From positions 46,314,001 through 46,378,000 of the forward strand of contig OZ024748.1 in NCBI GenBank assembly GCA_964016885.1: a stretch of DNA of 64,000 bases, written 5' to 3'. The notes beneath the pieces are model-generated. The model saw only the letters and a program-made list of their open reading frames with translations, made no database searches and was not told where the DNA came from. The translations under genes were made by a program, and so were the position numbers. Shown in pieces: positions 60,858 to 64,000 of this stretch. Source of the stretch: Eledone cirrhosa (Eukaryota). How positions within the stretch are numbered: position 1 is the first letter of the stretch; every line of letters begins with the position of its first letter.

Positions 60858-61266
60858 TAAACGTTTGGAGTAGGAAGGCCAAGACGATGCAGGTATGGAT
60901 ATAGAATATAAATGCAAATGCAAAAGATATTGTTGACAATTAGTCTTTTACCTTAAATTTATTTAAATATCCTTAATTTTCGAGAAAATATCTCTTCTTC
61001 AGAAGGAAGTAAAGGGGTTAATCCAGTGTTCTAATTACCTTGGCAGAAGAAGAGATATTTTATCGAAAATTAAGGATATTTAAATAAATTTAGGTAAAAG
61101 ACTAATTGTCAACAATATCTTTTGCATTTGCATTTATATTCTATATCCATACCTGCATTGTCTTGGCCTTCCAACTCCAAACGTTTAAACCTCATTACGC
61201 AATGCTTCAAGTAAACTACAACTTCCTCCTATACATATATACATATATATACATATATATATATAA

Positions 61267-61297
<31 letters not shown>

Positions 61298-61494
61298 CAT
61301 ATATATATGTATAGGAGGAAGTTGTAGTTTACTTGAAGCATTGCGTAATGAGGTTTAAACGTTTGGAGTTGGAAGGCCAAGACAATGCAGGTATGGATAT
61401 AGAATATAAATGCAAATGCAAAAGATATTGTTGACAATTAGTCTTTTACCTAAATTTATTTAAATATCCTTAATTTTCGATATAATATCTCTTA
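60858..61494. mobile_element. Three-armed hairpin insertion, family 7, with hammerhead at 60970-61007 (-)
   Basis: Arms at 60858-61002 (-), 61044-61230 (+) and 61311-61494 (-). The motif reads tcctt-CTGAAGA-a-gaga(tattt)tctc-GAAA-at-TA-agga. Confidence 0.75.
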
Positions 61495-61500
61495 TATATT

Positions 61501-61568
<68 letters not shown>

Positions 61569-61601
61569 TATACACATATATATATATGTATATATATATA
61601 C

Positions 61602-61633
<32 letters not shown>

Positions 61634-61677
61634 GTGTATATATATGTATATATATATGTATATACATATGTATATAA

Positions 61678-61712
<35 letters not shown>

Positions 61713-61719
61713 TACATAC

Positions 61720-61879
<160 letters not shown>

Positions 61880-61922
61880 ATATATACGTATATATATATA
61901 TATATGTACATATCTGTACATA

Positions 61923-62619
<697 letters not shown>

Positions 62620-63379
62620 TATACATATATGTGTATACATATATATGTAACCAACGATTTGATTACTCAATGAATATAGTTTTACAATAGATTAAAAGCA
62701 CTCTAGTGTGAAGTTTTCTGGAGTTATTAATATTATTCAAAATATTAATAAATGAACACATCCACATAATCAAAATATATGTTTTATTATATATACTGGA
62801 ATTGAACCATCAAGACCGTTGGGGTATGTCATACATCAATTCATGTATTTTGTCTGAGAGGACGTACTGAAGAAACAGCACAGTACCTTCGATATCATAA
62901 TCTATAAAGCTCAGTGTGTGGTCATGCTCCTTTCTTATAGAAATCTACGATATAGAATTTCTTCAATTGAAATTTACAATTCAGTATTCGAAATAGCTTC
63001 GATTGCGTCTTGGCACAGATAATTTTTTCAATTTCACCCACAATTACGCAAAAAATAGATAAAACTCAATATTTTACGATTTTTCTGTCATTTAAATTGC
63101 TAAACTCTTTCCACTACCATTCAAAATCTATACAACTTCATACTTTCTGCTACTTTCTCTTTCCAAGCTTGATGGTGATACTGTCCGTTTTACTCTCTCA
63201 TATCATCTGCTTCTTATTACATTTCATACGAAACGACAATTATTCAAAAGCAACAGATACATTTATTCAACAACAAGCGATAAATCTTTTTTAAAACCTC
63301 TTTTCCAAACGCATACAAACAAACACTCACTTCAACAACAACAACAACAATCTGCCTTTTATAGATAATGATAAACAAT

Positions 63380-63655
63380 AATATCCTCTATGAGGTCACT
63401 AAACCTGCTAGAAACAGCAGCTAACTCTCCCCCATATCACACCCCTCCCTACTGTCTTAAATTTAGAAAACATATCTTCTATGAGGTCACTAAACCTGCT
63501 AGAAACAGCAGCTAACTCTCCCCCATAACACACCACTCCCTACTGTCTTAAATTTAGAAAAGACATATCCTCTATGAGGTCACTAAACCTGCTAGAAACA
63601 ACAGCTAACTCTCCCTCATATCACAACCCTCCCTACTGACTTAAATTTAGAAAAC
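63380..63655. repeat. Three tandem copies of a ~90-93-bp unit
   Basis: atatcctctatgaggtcactaaacctgctagaaacagcagctaactctcc...cttaaatttagaaaa occurs three times. A diverged inverted monomer lies near 28583-28640. Confidence 0.9.
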
Positions 63656-63941
63656 ACAGACAACCATGCAGAACAACTCCATCGCAGCTCTGTTGTTCGG
63701 CTAGCATCGTCTACGCGCGTGTTGCGCAAGTACTGTGAAACAATAAATTTCAACACTTTTTTGCACAGAGATAATATCCATAGGCGAAACTACAATTGTC
63801 ACTGCTGGCGCAGCTCCTGCTTCCAGGTCTGCAATTCATTCACCCAAAATTTCATTCACCCAATTCATTCACCCAATTCATTCAGACAAAAAAGTGTTGC
63901 CATAAAATGGGTGGTGCAACCTAACTTTGGTAACTTAATGA

Positions 63942-63970
63942 CCCCGAGCAACGCCGGGCTTTAATGCTAG
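63942..63970 (+). mobile_element. Helitron-like 3' terminus
   Basis: ccccgagcaacgccgggctttaatgCTAG|t, matching 53527-53555. Confidence 0.6.
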
Positions 63971-64000
63971 TATATATATAATAAAACATATTTTGAGTAT

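Noticed and set aside
62650-63295. Possible decayed transposase or LINE fragment
   Set aside because: I recognised no diagnostic motif in any frame.

Overview
This is repeat-rich animal genomic DNA. The (TA)n density and the SINE/LINE families suggest a mollusc, probably an octopus-type cephalopod (inference). The left 26.4 kb holds a minus-strand gene missing from the ORF track. A 58-nt signal-peptide exon (ATG at 26439) splices to one uninterrupted exon of at least 25.5 kb that runs off the window start. It encodes about 800 aa of unique Ser/Thr-rich sequence and then about 7,700 aa of TTTTTLP heptads, i.e. a giant secreted mucin of at least 8,500 aa. The 7724-aa '+' ORF is its antisense shadow. 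The rest (26.4-64 kb, possibly the gene's upstream intron) is a transposon graveyard: RTE, L1/Tx1, CRE-like, R4/Dong-like and Penelope fragments, SINEs, Helitron ends and microsatellites. Two patterns stand out. First, a 4.7-kb 35-bp satellite appears to have been amplified from inside a CRE-like endonuclease reading frame. Second, about a dozen asymmetric head-to-head hairpin insertions from about 8 unrelated sequence families sit in (TA)n tracts, and nearly all carry a minimal type-I hammerhead ribozyme or its 3' half. All calls come from reading by eye; no database searches were run.
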